Both the position numbers and the translations under genes were made by a program. Positions 20,246 through 28,560 of a stretch of 60,642 bases of DNA are shown here, one piece after another. The stretch lies in IMG/VR virus record IMGVR_UViG_2721755676_000007; one strand, 5' to 3'. Numbering within the stretch: position 1 is the first letter of the stretch; every line of letters starts with the position of its first letter. Source of the DNA: a virus. Lineage: Duplodnaviria; Heunggongvirae; Uroviricota; Caudoviricetes. A model generated the notes under the pieces. It searched no databases. It saw nothing but the letters and a program-made list of their open reading frames with translations, and was not told where the DNA came from.

Positions 20246-20489
20246 GTGCAATTTTGCACTTTGCCAGCCAGCGCAATGTCGCGTTATCAGTCCTCAGATG
20301 TGAGGGATGTAGCCAGCTTTTCCCCCAGTGGGGGATATCCAGCACCGACGGCTTAACTGTGCGTGCCAGCACAAGGTAGCCTTGAACTACTTACTGCATC
20401 CCATCTTACAGGCCGTGCCTTCCTGCTTAACTTTTTGCAATGCAACAAGTCAGCCAGCGCAATTTTGCGTTATCGGGAATATCAGCAAG

Positions 20490-20771
20490 TTACCGCCGCA
20501 ATCGTTCCGGCTTCTTCCACTGGTAAGTATTTTTCGCGCTCTCCCTCCGTTGTTGAGAACGGCGACGATATGCCAGCAACTCAAGGACTCTTGTTCGTAT
20601 GTTGCGCATATCCACGCCGTTAAGCTCAATACCGTCACGGCGCATCACCTCAGCCACTACACGCACATAATTATCTGCGGTCACGCTGTCCGGCTGCGTG
20701 GCCTGTTCGTCATGCTGCTTGCTGATTCCACAAGCACGGCGGATTAATCGCAGTATTTCGGATTCAGTCAT
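20490..20771 (-). CDS. Hypothetical protein (93 aa), satellite-encoded
   Basis: ORF downstream of the Nu1-like gene in the same orientation; no recognisable motif. Confidence 0.45.
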   Translation of the reverse strand: MTESEILRLIRRACGISKQHDEQATQPDSVTADNYVRVVAEVMRRDGIELNGVDMRNIRTRVLELLAYRRRSQQRRESAKNTYQWKKPERLRR

Positions 20772-20782
20772 AGCGTACTACG

Positions 20783-21337
20783 TTACTTATCTTTATTCGG
20801 CTGCAACTTATCCGGTACGTTTCCGGCAGTTTCCATCAGATAATCGGACAGCATCAGCGGTATGTTTTCGTCAAGTTTTGCGCATGCGTTACAGGCTCTG
20901 ATAACTTCTTTTTTCAGTCCATCCAGCATAGACGGCTTCATGTCGGGAAACTTCCTTGTCATGGCAAGCGGCAGGCTGTCCATGATTGAAGAAATCTGAC
21001 TCGCCAATTTTGAAAGCACGTATATACAAAACGCTGTATCAATAACGTCGCCGCGTTCGCGCTCGTTTTTAAGCTCCTGCGCCTCTGCCTGTGCTGTCAG
21101 CAATCTGATCCTGACTCGTAGAAGTTCATCATCATCAATCTCGCCTTTGTCGTCTGTAATCTGGTTAATTGCATTGCTAACCCGATTGTCTATTACGCTG
21201 GCAACATCATAAAACGCCTCGCGGCCTTTACGTTCAACGGGAGTCACTCCCCACTTGTCGAACGCTGTCGCACTTACACGGCAGCTTTGCGCCATGTTTT
21301 TTTTGTTCATCAGGTGCGATTTCATCAATATCCCCAC
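20783..21337 (-). CDS. Terminase small subunit homologue (Nu1-like), satellite-encoded
   Basis: C-terminal half aligns with lambda Nu1 (DTAFCIYVLSKLASQISSIMDSLPL vs ETAFCTFVLSRIAGEIASILDGIPL); sits about 120 bp downstream of the satellite cos; start may be the internal MNKKNM at 21310. Confidence 0.8.
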   Translation of the reverse strand: MGILMKSHLMNKKNMAQSCRVSATAFDKWGVTPVERKGREAFYDVASVIDNRVSNAINQITDDKGEIDDDELLRVRIRLLTAQAEAQELKNERERGDVIDTAFCIYVLSKLASQISSIMDSLPLAMTRKFPDMKPSMLDGLKKEVIRACNACAKLDENIPLMLSDYLMETAGNVPDKLQPNKDK

Positions 21338-21436
21338 TTAAGTAATGTTTCAGGTTGGTGTATTGGCTTTATCTTTTCCTTTTTATTCATAGAGATAGAG
21401 CGAACAACAAAACCACCACCAGCACCCGAAAAAGGC

Positions 21437-21502
21437 TCATAAATAGCGAAAACCCGCGAGGTCGCCGCCCCGTAGCCTACCGGATCACCGGAAAGGACCC
21501 GC
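21437..21502. other. Satellite cos site (cosN 12-mer at 21459-21470)
   Basis: 66-bp block with 4 mismatches to the prophage cos block at 34202-34267; contains the reverse complement of GGGCGGCGACCT; flanking cosB-side sequence differs. Confidence 0.8.
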
Positions 21503-21526
21503 CAGCCAGAGCGGGCCCTAATTTCA

Positions 21527-21910
21527 TCAACCAATCAGCTTATAGCGACCATCCCGTGCATTGCGGCGTACACGCTCAATCTTGAGGCATAGCGCCGCAT
21601 CTGGCTTTTTTGGGACAGGTACGCGGCAATATTCAGAAGCGCGAGGAATATTATTTATCCAGTCGATCACTTCACTTAAATACCAGGCCTTACGCCCTTC
21701 CGTAACCTGCACACGCTCCGGGAACTCTCCACTAGCCTCAAGGTTTAGCAGTGTACGACGACTCAGGGTTGTAATTTCCATCACCTGATTCATATCAACA
21801 AGGCGCTCGCTTAAACACATTTTGTCAGCGATAGCTTTTAATTCCTCTACAGCTGGATTCGGGTACATCATTTCGGCAATTGGCTTAAGGTCATTGTAAT
21901 CATTCTGCAT
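21527..21910 (-). CDS. AlpA-family HTH regulator (127 aa)
   Basis: C-terminal region ITTLSRRTLLNLEASGEFPERVQVTEGRKAWYLSEVIDWI resembles AlpA/excisionase-type HTH. Confidence 0.55.
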   Translation of the reverse strand: MQNDYNDLKPIAEMMYPNPAVEELKAIADKMCLSERLVDMNQVMEITTLSRRTLLNLEASGEFPERVQVTEGRKAWYLSEVIDWINNIPRASEYCRVPVPKKPDAALCLKIERVRRNARDGRYKLIG

Positions 21911-21921
21911 TGTATCCCCCT

Positions 21922-22263
21922 TTACACACGAGCCAGCGGCTGAACAGAAATACCTGAGCCAACAAACGCTGCAACCTTTACTGACAGTTCTTTAACAGAC
22001 TCAGGCCAGTTCAGAGCATCAACATTTAAGACACCTGTCTTATAGACCTGAGCCTGTGTTTTTTTCGCGGTGTCGATTTGTACAGCGGAAACATAAACCG
22101 CTTTACCTACGCTCGAACCATCCCATACCACCAGTGCACCTGTTGCATCTTCCTGCATCAGTGGCGTAAATGCAGGAATTACCCCTTTATTAGCTGAAAA
22201 TATCCCCAGCGTAGTCACCAGTGCTTCAGTGCCAGCCATGAGTTCAGTGTAATGAGTAGCCAT
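21922..22263 (-). CDS. Head decoration protein D paralogue, satellite-encoded
   Basis: 113 aa; aligns with lambda D over VWDGSSVGKAVYVSAV...YKTGVLNVDALNWPE vs [17 protein letters not shown]...[15 protein letters not shown]. Confidence 0.7.
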   Translation of the reverse strand: MATHYTELMAGTEALVTTLGIFSANKGVIPAFTPLMQEDATGALVVWDGSSVGKAVYVSAVQIDTAKKTQAQVYKTGVLNVDALNWPESVKELSVKVAAFVGSGISVQPLARV

Positions 22264-22272
22264 TGCTCCCCC

Positions 22273-23319
22273 TTAGCCAATGCGAACGGTAACAAAACGA
22301 TTGATGCGGGCCGGTATTGGCTGTGGTGCTGAATGTGTCTGCACATATTCAATAGCCGGATCACCAGGCACAATATAGTTTTTCGGTGCAAGTTCGGCTT
22401 TAGTCAGCCCCATTCGGATTAGCTCCGGATCCTGAATACCGCCATAGGCGACAATCCCCTGAAGAGCCGTATTGCCAAGCACCATCAAATCAGGATCAAG
22501 GAAATGTTTTTCTGTTCCGTCCTCGTCGGTATAACGCCCGCTGTAAACAACAATCGCAACATCGCCCATATACCCTTTAAAACTCACCGAATCACCAAGG
22601 TCTTTAAGGGCCGTTTCCAGTTCGGAATTAGAACCACGACGGGTATCCAAAGCCTCTTTTATCGCTCTGAATGAACGGTATTTCTTCCATACATTACCAC
22701 CCATAATGATGATATTAGTGACGCCCTCACTAAATTCTGCGTAGCTCTCAATATCATCATTTGGATCAAAAGTTTCTTTATCCTTACCTGACCACTCAGT
22801 ACCGCCAGACTGAGTGATGATATTTTGTGGTTTTATATTCCAGTCCAGCTCATAACGTTCAATACCATCGCCCTCAATGATATTTTTCCCCGTTGTGATT
22901 GCCTGAACAGCAAGCCATTCAATACGTGCACGAATAGCTTTAGCCTGATTTACAATCGCCTGTTTAACTTTAATATTACGCGCCCCAAAAGCATTGTATT
23001 GCTCAGGTGACACACCAGCAGGGCGCACAGCTAACTTATTTGGATCAATGCTGCTTTTCGGCTTCATATAACCTGGACGAATTGTTTTTGATTCGTATCC
23101 CTCATCTCGTGAAACTTTACTGCCCACCATAGGAGAGCAAAACGCCGCGATCGGGATATTTGGATCGTCGATCGTATCAAGAATAATGTCTCTCGATTCA
23201 AACATTACCGAGCGAGTGAAAAACAAACTGGTAAACAACGCATTTAATTTTTTTTGCACATCTTCAGCATTAGCCACCTGCACAAGCTGTGTAGGCGAAT
23301 ATAAATCAACCATACTCAT
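22273..23319 (-). CDS. Major capsid protein E paralogue, satellite-encoded
   Basis: 349 aa from MSMVDLYSPTQL; conserved blocks ITQSGGTEWSGKDKETFDPNDDIESYA and LDTRRGSNSELETALKDLGDSVSFKGYMGDVAIVVYSGRY match lambda E. Confidence 0.85.
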   Translation of the reverse strand: MSMVDLYSPTQLVQVANAEDVQKKLNALFTSLFFTRSVMFESRDIILDTIDDPNIPIAAFCSPMVGSKVSRDEGYESKTIRPGYMKPKSSIDPNKLAVRPAGVSPEQYNAFGARNIKVKQAIVNQAKAIRARIEWLAVQAITTGKNIIEGDGIERYELDWNIKPQNIITQSGGTEWSGKDKETFDPNDDIESYAEFSEGVTNIIIMGGNVWKKYRSFRAIKEALDTRRGSNSELETALKDLGDSVSFKGYMGDVAIVVYSGRYTDEDGTEKHFLDPDLMVLGNTALQGIVAYGGIQDPELIRMGLTKAELAPKNYIVPGDPAIEYVQTHSAPQPIPARINRFVTVRIG

Positions 23320-23530
23320 CCTCTTTACATTCATTACAAATAATTGTGAATATATTCTATTACCGATGTCTGCTATGCGAACACATGCAACCAAGTGCAA
23401 TGTTGTATAAAATATGCCGTAACAACTTCAGTGCTGATAATTCGTGTTAATGTATTTACTTCCTTTGGTCGGGATTTATGTAGCATGCCGGAAAATCTAT
23501 TTTTTTCCGGCATCTTTTTGTTTGCAGAAT

Positions 23531-23953
23531 TTAAAACGGTATATTATCGCCGTACGGATCATCATTCCCCGACTGTTGTTTTGCCCTGTTCAGTGCGTCA
23601 GTGGCCTGCCCCTGCTGGCCTTTTTTGCCGCCCGGTCGCGCCGTTCGCGCACTGATTACGCTGTCTGCGATAAGCTGCCAGCCCCGCCGCGTTTCGCCGT
23701 TCTGGCCTGTCCACTGGCTTACCTGCATGTTACCCGCCACGCTCACCAGTTCGCCTTTGTGGTGTTTTGCCAGTGCGTCGGCCTGTCTGCCAAACGCCAG
23801 GACGGATAACCACATCGTCGCCGTTCCGTCATCTGCCTGGCTGCACGGCAGGGGAACCGCCATACTCGCCATCGCCATTTGTGTCCCTTTGCTGGTGGTC
23901 TTTAACTGCGGGTCAGCCACCAGCCGCCCGTAAGCCGCTATCTGTGCTGTCAT
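23531..23953 (-). CDS. ssb: Single-stranded DNA-binding protein (SSB-like)
   Basis: 140 aa with OB-fold-like N-terminus, Gly/Gln-rich linker and acidic C-terminal tail ending DNIPF (SSB tip DDDIPF). Confidence 0.7.
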   Translation of the reverse strand: MTAQIAAYGRLVADPQLKTTSKGTQMAMASMAVPLPCSQADDGTATMWLSVLAFGRQADALAKHHKGELVSVAGNMQVSQWTGQNGETRRGWQLIADSVISARTARPGGKKGQQGQATDALNRAKQQSGNDDPYGDNIPF

Positions 23954-24264
23954 GCTGTCTGCTCTCCGGTTTTAACATTGATGGTTGTCACCTGTTCCGC
24001 TTCGGCAATCTCCCGTTCTGTCAGCGTGGCAAAGTTTGCCGCTGCTGTGGTCATAAATGCGCTTATCAGGTCGGGATGTTCCTTCGCGTATCCTGCCCGT
24101 GTGTGGTGGTCTATCGCTTTGATTGCCACCTTTAAGGAAAGCTCTGTCATGTCTAACGCTTTATATTTTGCCTGTGTTCTGTCTCTGCGAATTTTGGTCA
24201 TTTGTCGCCCCTGATTCATGTTTTCGGCTGGCATGTTTGTTAAGTGATTTTTATGTATGCGCAT
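23950..24264 (-). CDS. Hypothetical protein (104 aa)
   Basis: ORF coupled to ssb (ATGA overlap), immediately downstream of the iteron region. Confidence 0.45.
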   Translation of the reverse strand: MRIHKNHLTNMPAENMNQGRQMTKIRRDRTQAKYKALDMTELSLKVAIKAIDHHTRAGYAKEHPDLISAFMTTAAANFATLTEREIAEAEQVTTINVKTGEQTA

Positions 24265-24315
24265 TTATTTTCACCCCCCCTCGTTTAAAAAGTTTTTAGT
24301 TGTGCCTCCCCCCCC

Positions 24316-24537
24316 TCTACCCATCTACCCGAATGCTCATCATGTCAGTAATGGCGCCGCTTTCAGCGGGTAGATAGCTTTTTTGACTCCTCTACCTGCC
24401 GTCTACCCTGCTACCTGAAACTGATAAAATCAGGTAGAAGAGGTAGAGAGCTTTTATTAGCCTTCTACCTAGCCCTATACCCACTTATCATGTTGAATAA
24501 TATGCGTTTATTTCGTTCAGGTAGATGGGGTAGATGG
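24316..24537. repeat. Iteron array (GGTAGA / TCTACC repeats), candidate satellite replication origin
   Basis: At least 12 copies of the hexamer in both orientations immediately downstream of the primase gene. Confidence 0.7.
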
Positions 24538-24550
24538 CTTTTACAAAAAA

Positions 24551-26305
24551 TTATAAAAACGCGTCGCAATCGTCTGTTGTAATTGCGTTGGTCTGCGTTA
24601 CTCCCTTAACTTTTCGCGTAATATATTCATGCCCGTAAACTTTCGCCGCTGGCTTCATGGCCTTGCTGAACTCAGCCACGTTTAGCGGTTTGCTCCTGCC
24701 CGCGTATGCCATAAACGCCAGATAGACGCGGTAAAGGCTGTTCCTGGTCGTGTACTTCACTGAATCACCACCGCCACCCATCATCAGGCCGCGCGCTTCC
24801 TCCAGAAAATTCAGGAACTGGCAAAACTCAATAACCGGATCCGTCTGTTGCTTTATTGCCAGTGCTTCATCACCGTCACGCTGTTCCAGTAGTAAAGCCC
24901 GTGCCTTCTCAGGGTCGGTAAAGTTCGCCAGCAATCGGCGGATAATAACGGGGATTTCAGCCGCAATCTTTTCCGGTAGCTCCCTGTCTTTTTCGGCCTC
25001 ACTGACGATATTGTCGAAACGGAAAATCACGCGACGACGTGCCACACCTCCGGCCCGTTCGGTGAATATCATCGGGTTGTTGTTGGTCGCCAGCACCACC
25101 GCCCTGATTACCGCCGTGAAACGCTTTTCATATTTCGGGTTAATTTCCACGGGGTCGCCGCCTGTGATTTTCTTGATGCCCGTTCCTTCGCCTGTATATT
25201 TCGGCTGGTCAGCCAGGACGATAAGACGACTCCCGACAACCTGCGCACGTCCACCAGCATCATCAAGCGATGTCATTTCAGCGCTTACCGTGTTCTGTTT
25301 CCCTGCCAGAAGGCTGGCTATGTGTGTGAATGTACTTTTACCGCTCCCGCCGTCTCCGGTGGCCTCAATAAACATCTGCCAGTCGTACCGGTTCGCCATA
25401 ATCATGTACAGCGCGGCACATATACGCATCATCTTGCGCGGGTCTTTTCCGGCTGCGTGCTCAAGCCATTTATGAAAGTTTGGCGCGTTATCGCGGATGT
25501 TCTCCCCTGGTGCTGGTGGCGTGTACTCAATGCCGTTGTGCGTGGTGATCCAGTTCTCCGGCGTGTGCGGGGAAAATTCCCCCGTTTTCAGGTCAAGCGC
25601 ACCATTGGCGAACGGCAGCAAATCGCCAGACGGCTCGCCCATTGGTTCGGCAATAACTTTTAACGCTTCCACGGCGTTATTGATTACGCGCTTGCTGAAA
25701 GTGGCCCTGTGCTCTGAATAGATCGCCACCATTTCGCGGCTAAGTTCCATTGTGCTGACCGGACACCATACCCCGCCGCGCCATACGTGAACGATTTCAC
25801 TTTCAGGATGTACGCAAACGCCATCAAAGCGATCGGCAAGCAACTGCGCGCGCTCACTGTCCGCCATCTGCGAAAGTTGCGCCTTTTGCTTTACCGGAAG
25901 CTCAATGACCAGACCATCAGAAAGATTCTGGCGTTCACGGGCCAGATATTCGCGCCAGTTCTGCACCTCCTGGCCGTGCATACCCTCAGGATAAAAATTT
26001 GCATCCTGTACGCCTGCTGCCGCCAGCTTCTGACCAATCGCCTTTATCATTACAGGCGCAAGATATCCGGCCCTGTATATGCGTGCTGATTTTCGGCCTT
26101 CCGGCACAATTTGCAGATTATCCAGTTCGGATAGCTGCTGCTCCCCAAGCCACACAGGAGGCTCATTATCTCCGGCCATACGCGCATCATGTTCCTGCCA
26201 TTGTTTCGCGTGTGCCCAGGCATCACTACCCGCAAAAATAATTACTTCTGTTCCTTTGTGTTTTATGCCGCGTGACTGCTGTTTTACGTTCGGTGCCAGT
26301 TTCAT
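24551..26305 (-). CDS. P4 alpha-like primase/helicase (D5 family, Walker A GDGGSGKST)
   Basis: 584-aa ORF with P-loop NTPase core and phage/plasmid primase C-terminal-type architecture. Confidence 0.8.
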   Translation of the reverse strand: MKLAPNVKQQSRGIKHKGTEVIIFAGSDAWAHAKQWQEHDARMAGDNEPPVWLGEQQLSELDNLQIVPEGRKSARIYRAGYLAPVMIKAIGQKLAAAGVQDANFYPEGMHGQEVQNWREYLARERQNLSDGLVIELPVKQKAQLSQMADSERAQLLADRFDGVCVHPESEIVHVWRGGVWCPVSTMELSREMVAIYSEHRATFSKRVINNAVEALKVIAEPMGEPSGDLLPFANGALDLKTGEFSPHTPENWITTHNGIEYTPPAPGENIRDNAPNFHKWLEHAAGKDPRKMMRICAALYMIMANRYDWQMFIEATGDGGSGKSTFTHIASLLAGKQNTVSAEMTSLDDAGGRAQVVGSRLIVLADQPKYTGEGTGIKKITGGDPVEINPKYEKRFTAVIRAVVLATNNNPMIFTERAGGVARRRVIFRFDNIVSEAEKDRELPEKIAAEIPVIIRRLLANFTDPEKARALLLEQRDGDEALAIKQQTDPVIEFCQFLNFLEEARGLMMGGGGDSVKYTTRNSLYRVYLAFMAYAGRSKPLNVAEFSKAMKPAAKVYGHEYITRKVKGVTQTNAITTDDCDAFL

Positions 26306-26601
26306 TTTTTACCTCTGAATCCGTTAATCATGGTTTTCATTTTCTGGATATTTCCCCACGCTTTTTCCCTGCTGATGGGCTTACTGCGGGGTGCGGCATA
26401 TACCAGGGAAAAATCACGCCGGAACTGATAAACAGGCATCACGCAGTCATAGCTATACCCCTCACGGCGGTAAGTGATGCGCCGTTCTGCCACGCCTTTA
26501 ATCGTTACCGTGCCGCCGTATTTATCGCGGTAAATATCGCCGTTCATAAATTCAGGTCGAGCGGGGCCGCTGGCAATAAAGCCAGAATTTTTCATTTCCA
26601 T
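26302..26601 (-). CDS. Hypothetical protein (99 aa)
   Basis: ORF coupled to the primase start (overlap at 26302-26305). Confidence 0.45.
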   Translation of the reverse strand: MEMKNSGFIASGPARPEFMNGDIYRDKYGGTVTIKGVAERRITYRREGYSYDCVMPVYQFRRDFSLVYAAPRSKPISREKAWGNIQKMKTMINGFRGKK

Positions 26602-26618
26602 ATTATTTATTCCTCGAC

Positions 26619-26840
26619 TTAACTCGACTTATTTGATAGCAGGGCACTATTTATTGCGTCATTGAGTTTTTCTGCTGATTCATCAATAAGTGACAACAGG
26701 CCATAAGCAATATTTGCATCTTCATTGTCATTTATGCAATCAAGCCACATATTTAATATTGCTTTTGCTGAATTATTTAAAGTTAATGAACTTTCTGCAC
26801 ATGCTAACAATTTAAAAAAGACTTCCCGTTCTGTATTCAT
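26619..26840 (-). CDS. Hypothetical protein (73 aa)
   Basis: Small ORF in the same operon orientation. Confidence 0.4.
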   Translation of the reverse strand: MNTEREVFFKLLACAESSLTLNNSAKAILNMWLDCINDNEDANIAYGLLSLIDESAEKLNDAINSALLSNKSS

Positions 26841-27032
26841 TTAATCCCCCACCAGCTTACTTTCTTCCTCAATCAAAAAACTAGCGACACTTCCCGAAAG
26901 ACGCGCCAGTAGGCTCGCCAGTGCGGATATATCAGCATCTGTAATTTTGTTCGGGTATACCTCAAGAAGGCGGCAAATAATTTCTGTCTGGTGCGCACGT
27001 TCAGCGGCTTCGTGTAATGTAATTTCCTGCAT
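26841..27032 (-). CDS. Hypothetical protein (63 aa)
   Basis: Stop/start overlap with the next ORF at 27032. Confidence 0.4.
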   Translation of the reverse strand: MQEITLHEAAERAHQTEIICRLLEVYPNKITDADISALASLLARLSGSVASFLIEEESKLVGD

Positions 27033-27217
27033 TAATGCACCTCTTTTAATTCATACACTGCTGAAATAATGACTTGTGATAAGCCATATTCTGATGATTC
27101 GCTTCTCACCGCAGCAATAGCCGTCTGAACATTAACAGCCTTCACATTCTGAGCGATACCAATTGTGTGGCCTATTGGGTTAACAGCTCGGGCAAATACA
27201 CGGAAGGTTTTAAGCAT
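27032..27217 (-). CDS. Hypothetical protein (61 aa)
   Basis: ATG preceded by GGGAG-type Shine-Dalgarno; first gene of the leftward operon. Confidence 0.45.
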   Translation of the reverse strand: MLKTFRVFARAVNPIGHTIGIAQNVKAVNVQTAIAAVRSESSEYGLSQVIISAVYELKEVH

Positions 27218-27597
27218 GACTCACTCCCTGGCGGATTTTTGCAGCGAATACAGCAACACAACCGGACGGGCAACGGCTACGCGCTTCGCGTTCCGTCCAG
27301 GCGGTTACGTGGATGATTTGAGATTCTCCGGCACTCAGTGCCAGAAAACGCCACACAAAGGCCGTTTGTGTGTGTACAAGGTGTGGTATATGATTTACAG
27401 CAACCATAACGGCTCCTAGTTTACGTTGTTGGTTAGACGCCCCGTATGTGTTCCCAGCACTGCGGGGCGTTGCTCTTTGTATTTCAACAATCCTTTCGGT
27501 GTGTTTCATGTTATGAGCGCATGAAACACACGTCAAGGCTTTTTGTATTTCTTTTTTTGTGTATACTGAAACACACCGATGATTAGGAGTTTCAGAA

Positions 27598-27903
27598 ATG
27601 GCAACGGCTAACAAAAACGCAAAATCACAACTGACAACTGTCAGAGTCCCACTAGATGTTATGCAAGGGATGGAATCCGTTAAGCTGGACGGTGAAAGCA
27701 ATGCCGGATTTATCGTAACCGCCATGCGCGGAGAAATAGCCCGCCGCCAAGCAGAAGGCAGCGGAGAAAATCCCCTTGTGTCGTCACTGGATGCCCTGGC
27801 TAAGGTCGAACAAATCGGCATCAAAGCAGCCGAGGAGATCGGGCAACTCGTCACCGTCGCGCGTGAAGAACTCCAGCGACGCAAGGTCAAAGAGCATGAA
27901 TAG
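27598..27903 (+). CDS. Small DNA-binding-like protein (possible ribbon-helix-helix), the only plus-strand gene in the satellite
   Basis: 101 aa; AGGAG 8 nt upstream of ATG; divergent from the small-ORF/primase operon across 27218-27597. Confidence 0.5.
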   Translation: MATANKNAKSQLTTVRVPLDVMQGMESVKLDGESNAGFIVTAMRGEIARRQAEGSGENPLVSSLDALAKVEQIGIKAAEEIGQLVTVAREELQRRKVKEHE

Positions 27904-28236
27904 CCAATATCAGCGCCATAGTTTGAGGAACGCAGGCGCATTGCTTTACAGGACAGCACCATGAGCGACACAGAATCAACCAAAACACCATCACCAACTC
28001 GTAAGAGACGACGCAAAAATATAGCGCATGAACATGAATCAGAAAGATTCGCACCTTGTTCGTTTGCTCTTGAGAAATTCCTTAAAGAGCACAGGAAAAA
28101 GCTCTCGTTGCAAACCTTGGAACGAACCAAATCTGGCTGATCACATTGCCCACCAGCCGCAAATGTGGCATTGTTGGTGATGCTTTTGTTTTCCCTTGTT
28201 CCCACTGGCGACCCTTTTGCGGTCGCCTTTGTTTTG

Positions 28237-28560
28237 TCACTGAATGCGGTTACCAAAGTAAAACTCAGGCTGATATTCACGTATCAGCGTTTTTTCTTCT
28301 TCCTCCAGCTCACGCTTTTTGCGCTTACATGCCTGTAGCTCCCTCCCCTTCTCGCTGGCACTTATTTGATATTGCTCTTTACGGCGGGAAAAATCCTGTA
28401 ATGCACCCCACGGGATACCATAAGTCCCCGTTTTTCTGATACCTGGTATCACATTTCTGAATACCCAGTTACTGAAACGATGAGCAAATGTGCCAGGCGT
28501 CGTTGCTTTGCGGCTGCGGGCTATTAGTTTGTAGAAACCTGACTCAGAGATAATTCTCAT
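28237..28560 (-). CDS. Bro-N domain protein, C-terminal part (split ORF)
   Basis: SESGFYKLIARSRKATTPGTFAHRFSNWVFRNVIPGIRKTGTYG is the second half of a Bro-N domain. Confidence 0.6.
   Translation of the reverse strand: MRIISESGFYKLIARSRKATTPGTFAHRFSNWVFRNVIPGIRKTGTYGIPWGALQDFSRRKEQYQISASEKGRELQACKRKKRELEEEEKTLIREYQPEFYFGNRIQ

Noticed and set aside
27210-28280. 356-aa minus-strand ORF spanning the satellite control region
   Set aside because: Ser/Cys/Ala-rich low-complexity product overlapping a well-formed plus-strand gene with Shine-Dalgarno (27598-27903) and an intergenic region
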